DNA of 64,000 nucleotides, taken from a virus. The notes beneath the pieces were generated by a model, which saw only the letters and a program-made list of their open reading frames with translations, ran no database searches and was not told the DNA's origin. Each line of letters opens with the position of its first letter. The first letter of the stretch is position 1. The position numbers and the translations under genes were made by a program. This document shows positions 10,099 through 19,862 of the stretch, in pieces. The stretch lies in UHGV virus genome UHGV-0148165; one strand, given 5' to 3'.

Positions 10099-10359
10099 TT
10101 GAGGAAGCTATTCGTGGAAATAACTAAAGATCAGTTTTATCTTCTTCAAGATAAAGTAAGCGAAATTTATGAAATTGCTTATAGCAAAAATCGTGAAACT
10201 GTAAAAATAGAATCTAGTAAGTTGAGGCTTCAATTAGAAGAAATTGAACGAGATTTAATTGCGTTAGAATTCTTTTGTGGTGAAGTGAAAACTGTTACAA
10301 TCAATGATTATATTTTAGGCGAAATTAGCTATCTTTATAAGGCGATTATTAATGATTGA
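10099..10359 (+). CDS. hypothetical protein, about 81-86 aa, paralog of next ORF
   Basis: track start is TTG 10099, GTG 10114 also possible; shares LEEI..D / I.DY..G.I..L motif pattern with ORF 10352. Confidence 0.4.
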   Translation: MRKLFVEITKDQFYLLQDKVSEIYEIAYSKNRETVKIESSKLRLQLEEIERDLIALEFFCGEVKTVTINDYILGEISYLYKAIIND

Positions 10360-10594
10360 ATTGAGTTGGTACCAGTTTAAATCTCTTATGACAAATGTTA
10401 AAGCTGTCATTGAAGAAAATCCGGGTCCTGAAAATATTACTATTCGCGAAAAAGCTTCAAAGATAGTATACAGTCTTGAAGAGATACAAAAAGACATTGA
10501 ATCTATGGCAAAATTTATTGATGAGCCTATTAATAAAGTTTATATTCAAGACTATACTGTAGGTCAAATTCGCGATTTAGCAAGGAAAATTTAA
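10352..10594 (+). CDS. hypothetical protein, 80 aa, paralog of previous ORF
   Basis: ATG start; tandem paralog pair. Confidence 0.4.
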   Translation: MIELSWYQFKSLMTNVKAVIEENPGPENITIREKASKIVYSLEEIQKDIESMAKFIDEPINKVYIQDYTVGQIRDLARKI

Positions 10595-11277
10595 TGTTTG
10601 ATTTTATTATAGATTTTGAAACAATGGGAAGCGGCGAAAAGGCAGCTGTTATTGATTTAGCTGTAATTGCTTTTGACCCTAATCCAGAAGTCGTTGAAAC
10701 ATTCGATGAATTAGTTTCACGTGGCATTAAAATCAAATTTGATTTAAAAAGCCAAAAAGGACATCGTCTTTTTACTAAAAGCACTATTGAATGGTGGAAG
10801 AACCAATCTCCTGAAGCTCGAAAAAATATTGCACCATCAGATGAAGATGTAAGCACTATCGATGGTATTGCAAAATTTAATGATTACATCAATGCACATA
10901 ATATCGATCCTTGGAAATCTCAAGGCTGGTGCCGTGGAATGTCGTTTGATTTTCCAATTTTAGTCGATCTCATTCGTGATATTCAACGTCTTAATGGTGT
11001 TTCTGAGAATGAGCTTGACACATTTAAGTTAGAACCATGTAAATTCTGGAATCAGCGTGATATTCGTACCAGAATTGAAGCACTTCTGCTTGTTCGTGAT
11101 ATGACCACGTGTCCTCTTCCAAAAGGAACTTTAGATGGATTCGTTGCGCATGATTCTATTCATGACTGTGCGAAAGATATTCTGATGATGAAGTATGCTT
11201 TGCGATATGCTATGGGTCTTGAAGATGCTCCGTCAGAGGAAGATTACGATCCTCTATCTCTTCCAACAAAACGATAA
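10594..11277 (+). CDS. dexA: DexA exonuclease (DnaQ-like 3'-5' exonuclease), 227 aa
   Basis: exonuclease motif FDFETMG near N-terminus, HDSIHDC near C-terminus; length matches T4 DexA. Confidence 0.85.
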   Translation: MFDFIIDFETMGSGEKAAVIDLAVIAFDPNPEVVETFDELVSRGIKIKFDLKSQKGHRLFTKSTIEWWKNQSPEARKNIAPSDEDVSTIDGIAKFNDYINAHNIDPWKSQGWCRGMSFDFPILVDLIRDIQRLNGVSENELDTFKLEPCKFWNQRDIRTRIEALLLVRDMTTCPLPKGTLDGFVAHDSIHDCAKDILMMKYALRYAMGLEDAPSEEDYDPLSLPTKR

Positions 11278-11283
11278 AAAGTT

Positions 11284-11313
11284 GTTTACTTCCTCGGTTA
11301 GTTGTGGTATTAT
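11284..11313 (+). promoter_or_regulatory. T4 early-type promoter
   Basis: GTTTAC 11284-11289, TATTAT 11308-11313. Confidence 0.5.
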
Positions 11314-11340
11314 AACACCATAGCTACTGAGGATAATAAA

Positions 11341-11841
11341 ATGAAAATTTATCGTGTTGAATCATCGTTTAGTATTCTTGATTATGAAGATGCTATAACA
11401 ATACGTCGAAATCTTTGTGTTCAAATAACGCCGTACAGGAGTATAATAGATTCATGGAGCGAAGAGTGGCTATTACACGTAGGTTATGACAGACCTAATT
11501 TTATGCATCATAGCGATAATAATAAAAGAATTCCTTTACCACACGAAGATAAACTATTAGTTAAAAACGCTAATATAGTAATTAATACTAAGTTCAAGAA
11601 AGATTATGTTGGAGTAGAATATCATATTCCAGGATGGTTTATAGCTCTTTATCATTTTGCTTTCGCTAGCGAATATGATATGATGAGATGGTTCACACGA
11701 GAAGAGCGGGAAGAATTATCTTCTAAAGGATTTTATCTCGCTGTATACGAAGTTCCTGAAGATGAAGTTATCATTGGTGGGCACCAAGTAATGTTCCGCA
11801 AATCGCATGCTGAACTCATAGATTTTATTGAAATGAGATAA
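11341..11841 (+). CDS. hypothetical protein, 166 aa
   Basis: ATG 11341 after GAGGATAATAAA; the track ORF start at 11302 lies inside the promoter. Confidence 0.45.
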   Translation: MKIYRVESSFSILDYEDAITIRRNLCVQITPYRSIIDSWSEEWLLHVGYDRPNFMHHSDNNKRIPLPHEDKLLVKNANIVINTKFKKDYVGVEYHIPGWFIALYHFAFASEYDMMRWFTREEREELSSKGFYLAVYEVPEDEVIIGGHQVMFRKSHAELIDFIEMR

Positions 11842-11843
11842 TT

Positions 11844-12389
11844 ATGAAATTTAATTATAATCCTGAATACATACCAAATCCGGTAGCTAAACTGATTGAT
11901 TTTGATGTTGTAAGCACTTATGTATGCCCTGTTAAACCACTGGAAATTAAGGAACCTACTATGACTACCGCTATTGAAATCGGCAAAACCTACAAACTGG
12001 TTGAACCTAAAATTAAAACTAATGCCTTGATTTCTGGTCATAAAACTCTGACTGATGTTTTTGGCGAAGGCGAATTTATTGTTGAAGAATTTGCCAAAAG
12101 TGAGTGGTTTGACAAATCTTACGTCATCCACGGTCGCCGGTTAGATAATAACAAAATAAAGAAAAACCTGGTTTATGAAGATGAGTTCATCCTGTTCCAA
12201 GAAGTTGAAGAACAAGACCCTACAGACCTGTTGTGTGCTGCTGTGTCTATCCGTCGTCCTTTTGATAATCCTATCTGTGGTTGGGTAACAGACCAGTGGA
12301 TTGAAGATGGTGTTGAGCTTCTGAACGTTGTCCATGCAGGAGATTTTAGTGTAGTACCTCGTAGTGCGGTGGTAGCTATTTTGAATTAA
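11844..12389 (+). CDS. hypothetical protein, 181 aa, paralog of the motB-like ORF
   Basis: C-terminal motif CGWVTDQWIEDGVELLNVV shared with ORF 12466. Confidence 0.45.
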   Translation: MKFNYNPEYIPNPVAKLIDFDVVSTYVCPVKPLEIKEPTMTTAIEIGKTYKLVEPKIKTNALISGHKTLTDVFGEGEFIVEEFAKSEWFDKSYVIHGRRLDNNKIKKNLVYEDEFILFQEVEEQDPTDLLCAAVSIRRPFDNPICGWVTDQWIEDGVELLNVVHAGDFSVVPRSAVVAILN

Positions 12390-12391
12390 TA

Positions 12392-12427
12392 GTTTACAAA
12401 CTCTTGGGACCAGAGTATAATGGTCCC
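12392..12427 (+). promoter_or_regulatory. T4 early-type promoter with -10 embedded in a 6-bp inverted repeat
   Basis: GTTTAC 12392-12397, TATAAT 12416-12421, flanked by GGGACC 12406-12411 and GGTCCC 12422-12427. Confidence 0.55.
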
Positions 12428-12465
12428 GTGGAGTATAAAATCTTTTTAACAAGTGAGAGATAATT

Positions 12466-12957
12466 ATGAATATTAATATCGGTGAAATTGCTCGTGTATC
12501 TGATAAATCCCGTTCTAAAGCAGCAGGAAAATTGGTCGAAGTTGTAAGCATTCAGCTTAAACACGGTGTTAAAGATGAAGATTCTGAAGTAAAAGTACGT
12601 ATCATTGCTAAAGATGGAATGTCTAAGCCCCAGTTTGGTTATGTTCGATGGAAATTTCTTGAGCCTGCGTTTTTGAAAGCTGTTCCTGCTAAAGGAATTG
12701 AAACGATTGATACTTCGCATGTAGGTGTAGACTTTAAGTGGAAACTTGGTCAAGCTATCAAGTTCATTGCTCCTTATGAGTTTGAATTTACCGAAGGTGG
12801 ACAACCACTTCCTCAGCGTACTCGCGCTATGTGTGCATACATTACTGATCAATGGGTAGAAGATGGCGTTAAGTTATACAACGCGGTATTTTTAGGAACA
12901 TACAAAGTCATTCCTGAAAGTTGGATTAAACACTACAGCAAAGCTCGCTATGCATAA
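12466..12957 (+). CDS. motB: MotB-like protein, 163 aa
   Basis: size and position as T4 motB (from memory); C-terminal motif ITDQWVEDGVKLYNAV. Confidence 0.45.
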   Translation: MNINIGEIARVSDKSRSKAAGKLVEVVSIQLKHGVKDEDSEVKVRIIAKDGMSKPQFGYVRWKFLEPAFLKAVPAKGIETIDTSHVGVDFKWKLGQAIKFIAPYEFEFTEGGQPLPQRTRAMCAYITDQWVEDGVKLYNAVFLGTYKVIPESWIKHYSKARYA

Positions 12958-12987
12958 AGTTTAAAATTTTTTCATAAAACTATATAC

Positions 12988-13030
12988 ATCAGTAGTTGAT
13001 TATGGTACTATATCAATATCAACTACTGAT
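12988..13030. repeat. perfect 13-bp inverted repeat with 17-bp spacer containing a promoter -10-like element
   Basis: ATCAGTAGTTGAT 12988-13000 and ATCAACTACTGAT 13018-13030; spacer TATGGTACTATATCAAT. Confidence 0.6.
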
Positions 13031-13128
13031 ACAGAAAACAACTTGAAGAATAAAATGGATAATTCGTTAAAGGTGCGCTGATACTCTTCTGAAACGCATC
13101 GCTCCAATGTTCAATTAATGAGGAAATT

Positions 13129-13347
13129 ATGATGAAACGTAAAATTGTTCAGAATTGCACTAATGATGAATTTGAAGATGTATTATTCGATCCAGATTTG
13201 GTAGTAGTTCAAAAGGAACACACTATCAAGTTTACTCACTTGACTTCGGTTTATGTATATGAGAAAGTCGGTGATAAACAGCCGATTTATGGTGTATTCC
13301 GTGAAATCACTGAAGACGGTACAACTTACTGGAAGGAAATTTATTAA
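13129..13347 (+). CDS. hypothetical protein, 72 aa
   Basis: ATG start after GAGGAAATT; small early ORF. Confidence 0.4.
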   Translation: MMKRKIVQNCTNDEFEDVLFDPDLVVVQKEHTIKFTHLTSVYVYEKVGDKQPIYGVFREITEDGTTYWKEIY

Positions 13348-13760
13348 TGGCTATTAGATTTGAAGTTAATAAATGGTATCAATTTAAAAATAAACAAGCT
13401 CAAGAAAATTTTATTAAAGACCATACTGATAACGGAATCTATGCACGCCGTTTAGGTATGCATCCTTTTAAAATTTTAGATGTGGATGCTCTTGGGCGTC
13501 CTATTAAAATTATGTCATTTGCTGGAAATTTAGTACTATCTTCTGGTAAAGATATTTTGGATGAAGATTTTATTTGGCTTTCATCGAATGAAGCTGAATT
13601 CTTTAATGAAGTTGAAAATCCATACCAGGCAGCTGAAGAGCAGGAAGAATCTGCACCGATAACTGATCAATCTAAATTCCCTGTAATGAAAGTTACTATT
13701 GAAAATGATGAACAGGCATGGTCCTTGTATCAGATGTTGAAAGCTCACTTTAAGGAATAA
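13347..13760 (+). CDS. hypothetical protein, 137 aa
   Basis: complete ORF, start overlaps upstream stop. Confidence 0.45.
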   Translation: MAIRFEVNKWYQFKNKQAQENFIKDHTDNGIYARRLGMHPFKILDVDALGRPIKIMSFAGNLVLSSGKDILDEDFIWLSSNEAEFFNEVENPYQAAEEQEESAPITDQSKFPVMKVTIENDEQAWSLYQMLKAHFKE

Positions 13761-13762
13761 TT

Positions 13763-13939
13763 ATGCCGCTTTATGATTATAAATGTCAATCAAAAGACTG
13801 CGCAAAAGAATACGAAAAAATCAAGAAAATTTCTGAAAGAGATACTGATGTATGTCCTGATTGTCATCGGATTGCTATTCGGTTAGTCTCTGCCCCTAAG
13901 CATGTGAATGGCGGATTTTACGACTTACTTAAAGGGTAA
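13763..13939 (+). CDS. small zinc-ribbon protein, 58 aa (CxxC...CxxC)
   Basis: below track cut-off, read manually; YKCQSKDC ... VCPDC motif. Confidence 0.4.
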   Translation: MPLYDYKCQSKDCAKEYEKIKKISERDTDVCPDCHRIAIRLVSAPKHVNGGFYDLLKG

Positions 13940-13941
13940 TT

Positions 13942-14313
13942 ATGTTTAAAATTGGTAAGAAATATCGCATTCGCGAAGGTGAAGAAAAGAAATATCTATT
14001 TTCTGCTATTTATAGGAATGGTTCTATTAGTAATGTAATATCTACAAGCGAATTTATCGTTGAAGATATGAAAGGTAATAATGTTACAATGATTAGTACA
14101 GCATCTGGAAATGACGGAAAAATTCTTCACAGTCTTCGGAGTGAAGTTTTAATTTATGATGAAGAATTTGACTTCTTCGAAGAAGTTCCCGAAGATTTTG
14201 ATTTTGAATGCACTATTACTATGAAGTCTGGTGACCCTCTTTCTTTTACAGTTAAAGATGAAAGAAGTCGCTTGAGAGTTATTAGCCTTCTTCAAGCCAT
14301 TAAATTTAAGTGA
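13942..14313 (+). CDS. hypothetical protein, 123 aa
   Basis: complete ORF with ATG 13942. Confidence 0.45.
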   Translation: MFKIGKKYRIREGEEKKYLFSAIYRNGSISNVISTSEFIVEDMKGNNVTMISTASGNDGKILHSLRSEVLIYDEEFDFFEEVPEDFDFECTITMKSGDPLSFTVKDERSRLRVISLLQAIKFK

Positions 14314-14579
14314 AAATTATGAAATATATTAATCGTTCTATCGCGGCATTAGTACTAGTAGTGTCTTTAGTAGGATGTACTGATGCTGATAATGCAACTA
14401 AAATTTTGTCTTCAAGTGGTTTTACTAATATTGAAATCACTGGATATAACTGGTTCGGTTGCTCTGAAAATGATTTCCAGCATACTGGATTTCGTGCTAT
14501 TGGACCTACTGGGCAGAAAGTAGAAGGAACCGTGTGTTCTGGGTTGTTCTTTAAGGATTCGACTATCCGTTTTAAATAA
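14310..14579 (+). CDS. putative lipoprotein, 89 aa
   Basis: signal peptide with lipobox LVGC (MKYINRSIAALVLVVSLVGCTD). Confidence 0.5.
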   Translation: MKIMKYINRSIAALVLVVSLVGCTDADNATKILSSSGFTNIEITGYNWFGCSENDFQHTGFRAIGPTGQKVEGTVCSGLFFKDSTIRFK

Positions 14580-14648
14580 AAGGCCTTCGGGCCTTTAGCT
14601 TTATGAATACCGGAGTATAATATTCCCGAAACCAAACGAGGATAAGTG

Positions 14649-16466
14649 ATGATTAAGAATGAAATTAAAATTCTGAGCGATATTGAACATATCAAAAAGC
14701 GTAGTGGCATGTACATTGGCTCTTCAGCTAATGAAATGCATGAGCGCTTTCTGTTTGGTAAATGGGAAAGTGTTCAGTATGTACCTGGTCTTGTTAAGCT
14801 TATTGATGAAATTATCGATAACTCAGTAGATGAAGGTATTCGTACTAAGTTTAAATTCGCAAATAAAATTAATGTTACTATTAAAAACAATCAAGTAACA
14901 GTTGAAGATAACGGTCGCGGTATTCCACAAGCGATGGTTAAAACACCTACCGGTGAAGAAATTCCTGGTCCTGTTGCTGCATGGACTATTCCAAAAGCAG
15001 GTGGTAACTTCGGTGATGATAAAGAACGTGTCACCGGTGGTATGAACGGTGTTGGTTCTAGTTTGACAAACATTTTTTCTGTGATGTTTGTCGGTGAAAC
15101 TGGTGATGGTCAAAATAATATTGTAGTTCGTTGTTCAAATGGCATGGAAAATAAATCATGGGAAGATATTCCTGGAAAATGGAAAGGAACTCGTGTTACT
15201 TTCATTCCTGATTTTATGTCATTTGAAACTAATGAGCTGTCCCAAGTTTATCTTGACATTACATTAGATCGTCTCCAGACACTTGCAGTAGTTTATCCTG
15301 ATATTCAATTTACCTTTAATGGTAAAAAGGTTCAGGGCAATTTTAAGAAATATGCACGCCAATATGATGAGCATGCTATTGTTCAAGAACAAGAAAATTG
15401 TTCTATTGCAGTTGGTCGTTCACCGGATGGTTTTCGTCAATTAACATACGTTAATAACATTCATACTAAGAATGGTGGCCATCACATTGACTGTGTTATG
15501 GATGATATTTGTGAAGACCTTATTCCACAAATCAAACGTAAGTTCAAAATTGATGTGACTAAAGCACGCGTCAAAGAATGTTTGACTATCGTTATGTTTG
15601 TTCGTGATATGAAAAACATGCGATTTGATTCTCAAACTAAAGAACGTTTGACTTCTCCATTTGGCGAAATTCGTAGTCATATTCAACTTGATGCTAAAAA
15701 GATTTCACGTGCTATTTTGAATAATGAAGCAATTTTAATGCCGATTATTGAAGCTGCTTTGGCTCGTAAATTGGCGGCAGAAAAAGCAGCAGAAACTAAA
15801 GCAGCTAAAAAGGCTTCTAAAGCTAAGGTTCATAAACATATCAAAGCGAATCTTTGTGGTAAAGATGCTGACACTACTCTTTTCTTGACTGAGGGTGATT
15901 CGGCTATCGGATATCTTATTGATGTTCGTGATAAAGAACTTCACGGTGGTTATCCATTGCGCGGTAAAGTTCTCAACAGTTGGGGTATGTCATATGCTGA
16001 TATGCTTAAAAACAAAGAATTGTTTGATATTTGCGCAATCACTGGATTAGTTCTTGGTGAAAAAGCCGAAAACTTGAATTATCATAATATTGCTATTATG
16101 ACCGATGCTGACCACGATGGTCTAGGAAGCATTTATCCTTCTCTGCTCGGATTTTTTAGTAATTGGCCAGAACTGTTTGAACAAGGAAGAATTCGCTTTG
16201 TCAAAACTCCTGTAATCATCGCTCAGGTCGGTAAAAAACAAGAATGGTTTTATACAGTCGCTGAATATGAGAGTGCTAAAGATGCTCTACCTAAACATAG
16301 CATCCGTTATATTAAAGGACTTGGCTCTTTGGAAAAATCTGAATATCGTGAGATGATTCAAAACCCAGTATATGATGTTGTTAAACTTCCTGAGAACTGG
16401 AAAGAGCTTTTTGAAATGCTCATGGGAGATAATGCTGACCTTCGTAAAGAATGGATGAGCCAGTAG
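14649..16466 (+). CDS. 39: DNA topoisomerase II large subunit gp39, GyrB-like, uninterrupted 605-aa form
   Basis: GHKL ATPase motifs (NSVDEG, DNGRGIP, GGMNGVGSS) plus TOPRIM region (LTEGDSA, DADHDG) in one ORF; ATG 14649. Confidence 0.9.
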   Translation: MIKNEIKILSDIEHIKKRSGMYIGSSANEMHERFLFGKWESVQYVPGLVKLIDEIIDNSVDEGIRTKFKFANKINVTIKNNQVTVEDNGRGIPQAMVKTPTGEEIPGPVAAWTIPKAGGNFGDDKERVTGGMNGVGSSLTNIFSVMFVGETGDGQNNIVVRCSNGMENKSWEDIPGKWKGTRVTFIPDFMSFETNELSQVYLDITLDRLQTLAVVYPDIQFTFNGKKVQGNFKKYARQYDEHAIVQEQENCSIAVGRSPDGFRQLTYVNNIHTKNGGHHIDCVMDDICEDLIPQIKRKFKIDVTKARVKECLTIVMFVRDMKNMRFDSQTKERLTSPFGEIRSHIQLDAKKISRAILNNEAILMPIIEAALARKLAAEKAAETKAAKKASKAKVHKHIKANLCGKDADTTLFLTEGDSAIGYLIDVRDKELHGGYPLRGKVLNSWGMSYADMLKNKELFDICAITGLVLGEKAENLNYHNIAIMTDADHDGLGSIYPSLLGFFSNWPELFEQGRIRFVKTPVIIAQVGKKQEWFYTVAEYESAKDALPKHSIRYIKGLGSLEKSEYREMIQNPVYDVVKLPENWKELFEMLMGDNADLRKEWMSQ

Positions 16467-16495
16467 TTTACTTTACCACAAGGATGTGGTATAAT
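16466..16495 (+). promoter_or_regulatory. T4 early-type promoter upstream of rIIA
   Basis: GTTTAC 16466-16471, 18-nt spacer, TGG-TATAAT 16490-16495. Confidence 0.55.
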
Positions 16496-16520
16496 TAATT
16501 GGGCAAATGAGGATATTGAA

Positions 16521-16724
16521 ATGAAATCATATAAAGTAAATTTAGAACTTTTTGATAAAGCAGTTCATCGAGAATATAGAATCATTCAACGCTTTTTCGA
16601 TATGGGAGAAGCTGAAGAGTTTAAAAACCGCTTTAAGGATATTAGAGATAAAATTCAATCTGACACCGCAACTAAAGATGAACTACTAGAAGTTGCTGAA
16701 GTTATTAAACGCAATATGAATTAA
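16521..16724 (+). CDS. hypothetical protein, 67 aa (rIIA.1-position ORF)
   Basis: ATG after GAGGATATTGAA; between gene 39 and rIIA. Confidence 0.45.
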   Translation: MKSYKVNLELFDKAVHREYRIIQRFFDMGEAEEFKNRFKDIRDKIQSDTATKDELLEVAEVIKRNMN

Positions 16725-16734
16725 TGAGGAAATT

Positions 16735-18912
16735 ATGATTATCACCACTGAAAAAGAAATAATTCTTGGTAATGGTTCTAAATCAAAAGCATTTAGCATC
16801 ACAGCATCTCCTAAAGTATTTAAAATTCTGTCATCTGATTTGTATACAAACAAGATTCGCGCAGTAGTCCGTGAATTGATTACTAACATGATTGATGCTC
16901 ATGCACTTAATGGAAATCCTGAAAAATTTATTATACAAGTTCCTGGACGTTTAGATCCGCGATTTGTTTGTCGAGATTTTGGTCCGGGTATGAGTGATTT
17001 TGATATTCAAGGTGATGATAATTCTCCTGGGTTGTATAATTCATACTTCAGTTCATCTAAAGCTGAATCTAATGACTTTATTGGCGGATTTGGTTTAGGT
17101 TCTAAATCTCCGTTTAGTTATACTGATACGTTTAGTATTACTTCGTATCATAAAGGTGAAATTCGTGGTTATGTAGCTTACATGGATGGTGATGGCCCAC
17201 AGATTAAACCTACATTCGTAAAAGAAATGGGTCCAGATGATAAAACTGGTATTGAAATCGTAGTTCCAGTTGAAGAAAAAGATTTTAGAAACTTTGCTTA
17301 TGAAGTTTCTTATATCATGCGACCGTTCAAAGATTTGGCTATCATTAATGGTCTTGACCGCGAAATTGATTATTTTCCTGATTTCGATGATTATTACGGC
17401 GTAAATCCAGAAAGATACTGGCCTGATCGTGGTGGATTATATGCTATCTACGGCGGTATTGTTTATCCTATCGATGGTGTTATTAGAGACCGTAACTGGC
17501 TAAGCATTCGCAATGAAGTGAATTACATTAAGTTTCCAATGGGTTCATTGGATATTGCTCCATCTCGTGAGGCTCTTTCACTGGATGATCGCACTCGTAA
17601 AAATATCATTGAACGAGTTAAAGAACTCAGTGAGAAAGCATTTAATGAAGATGTAAAACGATTTAAAGAATCTACATCTCCTCGTCACACATATCGTGAA
17701 TTAATGAAGATGGGGTATTCTGCTCGAGATTATATGATTAGTAATTCAGTCAAATTCACGACTAAAAATCTGTCATATAAGAAGATGCAGAGCATGTTTG
17801 AACCTGACAGTAAGTTATGCAATGCAGGAGTTGTGTATGAAGTAAATCTTGACCCTCGACTGAAGCGCATTAAGCAAAGTCATGAAACTTCAGCCGTTGC
17901 ATCAAGTTATCGTCTGTTTGGTATTAATACAACAAAAATTAATATCGTTATTGATAATATTAAAAATCGTGTTAATATTGTTCGTGGATTAGCACGAGCG
18001 TTAGATGATAGTGAATTTAATAACACTTTGAATATTCATCATAACGAACGTCTTCTGTTTATTAATCCAGAAGTAGAATCGCAGATTGATTTACTCCCTG
18101 ATATTATGGCGATGTTTGAAAGTGATGAAGTTAACATTCATTATTTGTCAGAAATTGAAGCTTTAGTAAAAAGTTATATTCCAAAGGTAGTTAAAAGTAA
18201 AGCTCCTCGTCCTAAAGCTGCTACAGCATTTAAGTTTGAAATTAAAGATGGGCGCTGGGAAAAAGAGGAATTATTTACACTTACGTCAGAAGCAGATGAA
18301 ATTACTGGTTATGTAGCGTATATGCATCGTTCTGATATTTTCTCTATGGATGGTACTACATCTCTTTGTCATCCATCTATGAATATTTTGACTCGTATGG
18401 CTAATCTTATTGGCATTAATGAATTTTATGTTATTCGTCCGCTTTTACAGAAAAAGGTAAAAGAACTTGGTCAGTGCCAATGTATTTTTGAAGCTTTGCG
18501 TGATTTATATGTAGATGCTTTTGATGATGTAGATTATGATAAGTACGTAGGTTATTCAAGTTCAGCTCAACGATATATTGATAAAATTATCAAGTATCCT
18601 GAACTAGATTTTATGATGAAGTACTTCAGTACAGATGAAGTTTCTGAAGAATATACACGACTCGCTAATATAGTTAGTTCATTACGGGGCGTATATTTCA
18701 ATGGTGGAAAAGATACCATCGGTCATGACATCTGGACAGTAACTAATCTTTTTGATGTATTATCAAATAATGCTTCAAAAAACAGTGATAAAATGGTTGC
18801 TGAGTTTACCAAGAAATTCCGTATTGTTTCCGACTTCATCGGTTATCGCAACTCTTTAAGTGATGATGAAGTTTCCCAAATCGCTAAAACTATGAAGGCC
18901 CTTGCGGCCTAA
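16735..18912 (+). CDS. rIIA: rIIA protein, 725 aa
   Basis: length identical to T4 rIIA; N-terminal ATPase-like region; followed directly by rIIB. Confidence 0.9.
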   Translation: MIITTEKEIILGNGSKSKAFSITASPKVFKILSSDLYTNKIRAVVRELITNMIDAHALNGNPEKFIIQVPGRLDPRFVCRDFGPGMSDFDIQGDDNSPGLYNSYFSSSKAESNDFIGGFGLGSKSPFSYTDTFSITSYHKGEIRGYVAYMDGDGPQIKPTFVKEMGPDDKTGIEIVVPVEEKDFRNFAYEVSYIMRPFKDLAIINGLDREIDYFPDFDDYYGVNPERYWPDRGGLYAIYGGIVYPIDGVIRDRNWLSIRNEVNYIKFPMGSLDIAPSREALSLDDRTRKNIIERVKELSEKAFNEDVKRFKESTSPRHTYRELMKMGYSARDYMISNSVKFTTKNLSYKKMQSMFEPDSKLCNAGVVYEVNLDPRLKRIKQSHETSAVASSYRLFGINTTKINIVIDNIKNRVNIVRGLARALDDSEFNNTLNIHHNERLLFINPEVESQIDLLPDIMAMFESDEVNIHYLSEIEALVKSYIPKVVKSKAPRPKAATAFKFEIKDGRWEKEELFTLTSEADEITGYVAYMHRSDIFSMDGTTSLCHPSMNILTRMANLIGINEFYVIRPLLQKKVKELGQCQCIFEALRDLYVDAFDDVDYDKYVGYSSSAQRYIDKIIKYPELDFMMKYFSTDEVSEEYTRLANIVSSLRGVYFNGGKDTIGHDIWTVTNLFDVLSNNASKNSDKMVAEFTKKFRIVSDFIGYRNSLSDDEVSQIAKTMKALAA

Positions 18913-18923
18913 TAAGGAAAATT

Positions 18924-19862
18924 ATGTACAATATTAAATGCCTGACCAAAAACGAACAAGCTGAAATTGTTAAACTGTATTCAAGTGGTAATTACACCCA
19001 ACAGGAATTGGCTGATTGGCAAGGTGTATCGGTTGACACAATCCGTCGTGTTTTGAAAAATGCTGAAGAAGCTAAACGCCCTAAAGTTACTATTAGCGGT
19101 GATATTACAGTTAAAGTTAATAGCGATGCAGTTATTGCTCCAGTTGCTAAATCTGACATTATTTGGAATGCATCTAAAAAATTCATTTCAATTACTGTTG
19201 ACGGTGTAACTTATAACGCAACTCCTAATACTCATTCAAACTTCCAGGAAATTCTTAATCTGCTTGTAGCGGATAAGTTGGAAGAAGCGGCACAAAAAAT
19301 TAATGTTCGTCGCGCTGTTGAAAAATATATTTCCGGCGATGTTCGAATTGAAGGTGGAAGCTTGTTCTATCAAAATATTGAATTGCGGTCTGGTTTGGTT
19401 GATCGTATTCTTGACTCGATGGAAAAAGGCGAAAACTTTGAATTTTATTTTCCGTTCTTGGAAAATCTGCTGGAAAACCCAAGCCAAAAAGCAGTATCTC
19501 GACTCTTTGATTTCTTGGTAGCAAACGATATTGAAATTACAGAAGATGGCTACTTCTATGCTTGGAAAGTAGTTCGCAGCAATTACTTTGACTGTCACTC
19601 AAACACCTTTGATAACAGTCCGGGTAAAGTAGTTAAAATGCCACGTACTCGTGTGAACGACGATGATACACAAACTTGTTCTCGTGGTCTGCATGTGTGT
19701 TCTAAATCTTATATTCGTCACTTTGGCAGTTCAACCAGCCGAGTTGTAAAAGTTAAAGTTCATCCTCGCGATGTAGTATCAATTCCGATTGATTACAACC
19801 ATGCTAAAATGCGTACCTGCCAATACGAAGTAGTTGAAGACGTTACTGAACAATTTAAATAA
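18924..19862 (+). CDS. rIIB: rIIB protein, 312 aa
   Basis: length identical to T4 rIIB; position after rIIA. Confidence 0.9.
   Translation: MYNIKCLTKNEQAEIVKLYSSGNYTQQELADWQGVSVDTIRRVLKNAEEAKRPKVTISGDITVKVNSDAVIAPVAKSDIIWNASKKFISITVDGVTYNATPNTHSNFQEILNLLVADKLEEAAQKINVRRAVEKYISGDVRIEGGSLFYQNIELRSGLVDRILDSMEKGENFEFYFPFLENLLENPSQKAVSRLFDFLVANDIEITEDGYFYAWKVVRSNYFDCHSNTFDNSPGKVVKMPRTRVNDDDTQTCSRGLHVCSKSYIRHFGSSTSRVVKVKVHPRDVVSIPIDYNHAKMRTCQYEVVEDVTEQFK

Noticed and set aside
11302-11340. Upstream extension of the ORF at 11341 (track start 11302)
   Set aside because: The first 13 codons lie inside the early promoter (-10 at 11308-11313); the ATG at 11341 with a GAGGA is the plausible start. Similar promoter-overlapping extensions were trimmed at 21211, 40851, 41172, 41695 and 57229.
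14616-14621. TATAAT hexamer upstream of gene 39 as a promoter
   Set aside because: No GTTTAC -35 or MotA box at the right spacing could be identified, so a promoter cannot be supported from sequence alone.
16466-16735. Search for a gene 60-type segment with translational bypass between gene 39 and rIIA
   Set aside because: Gene 39 already encodes the C-terminal TOPRIM region in one frame and the interval holds only a promoter and a 67-aa ORF; no bypass element is present.
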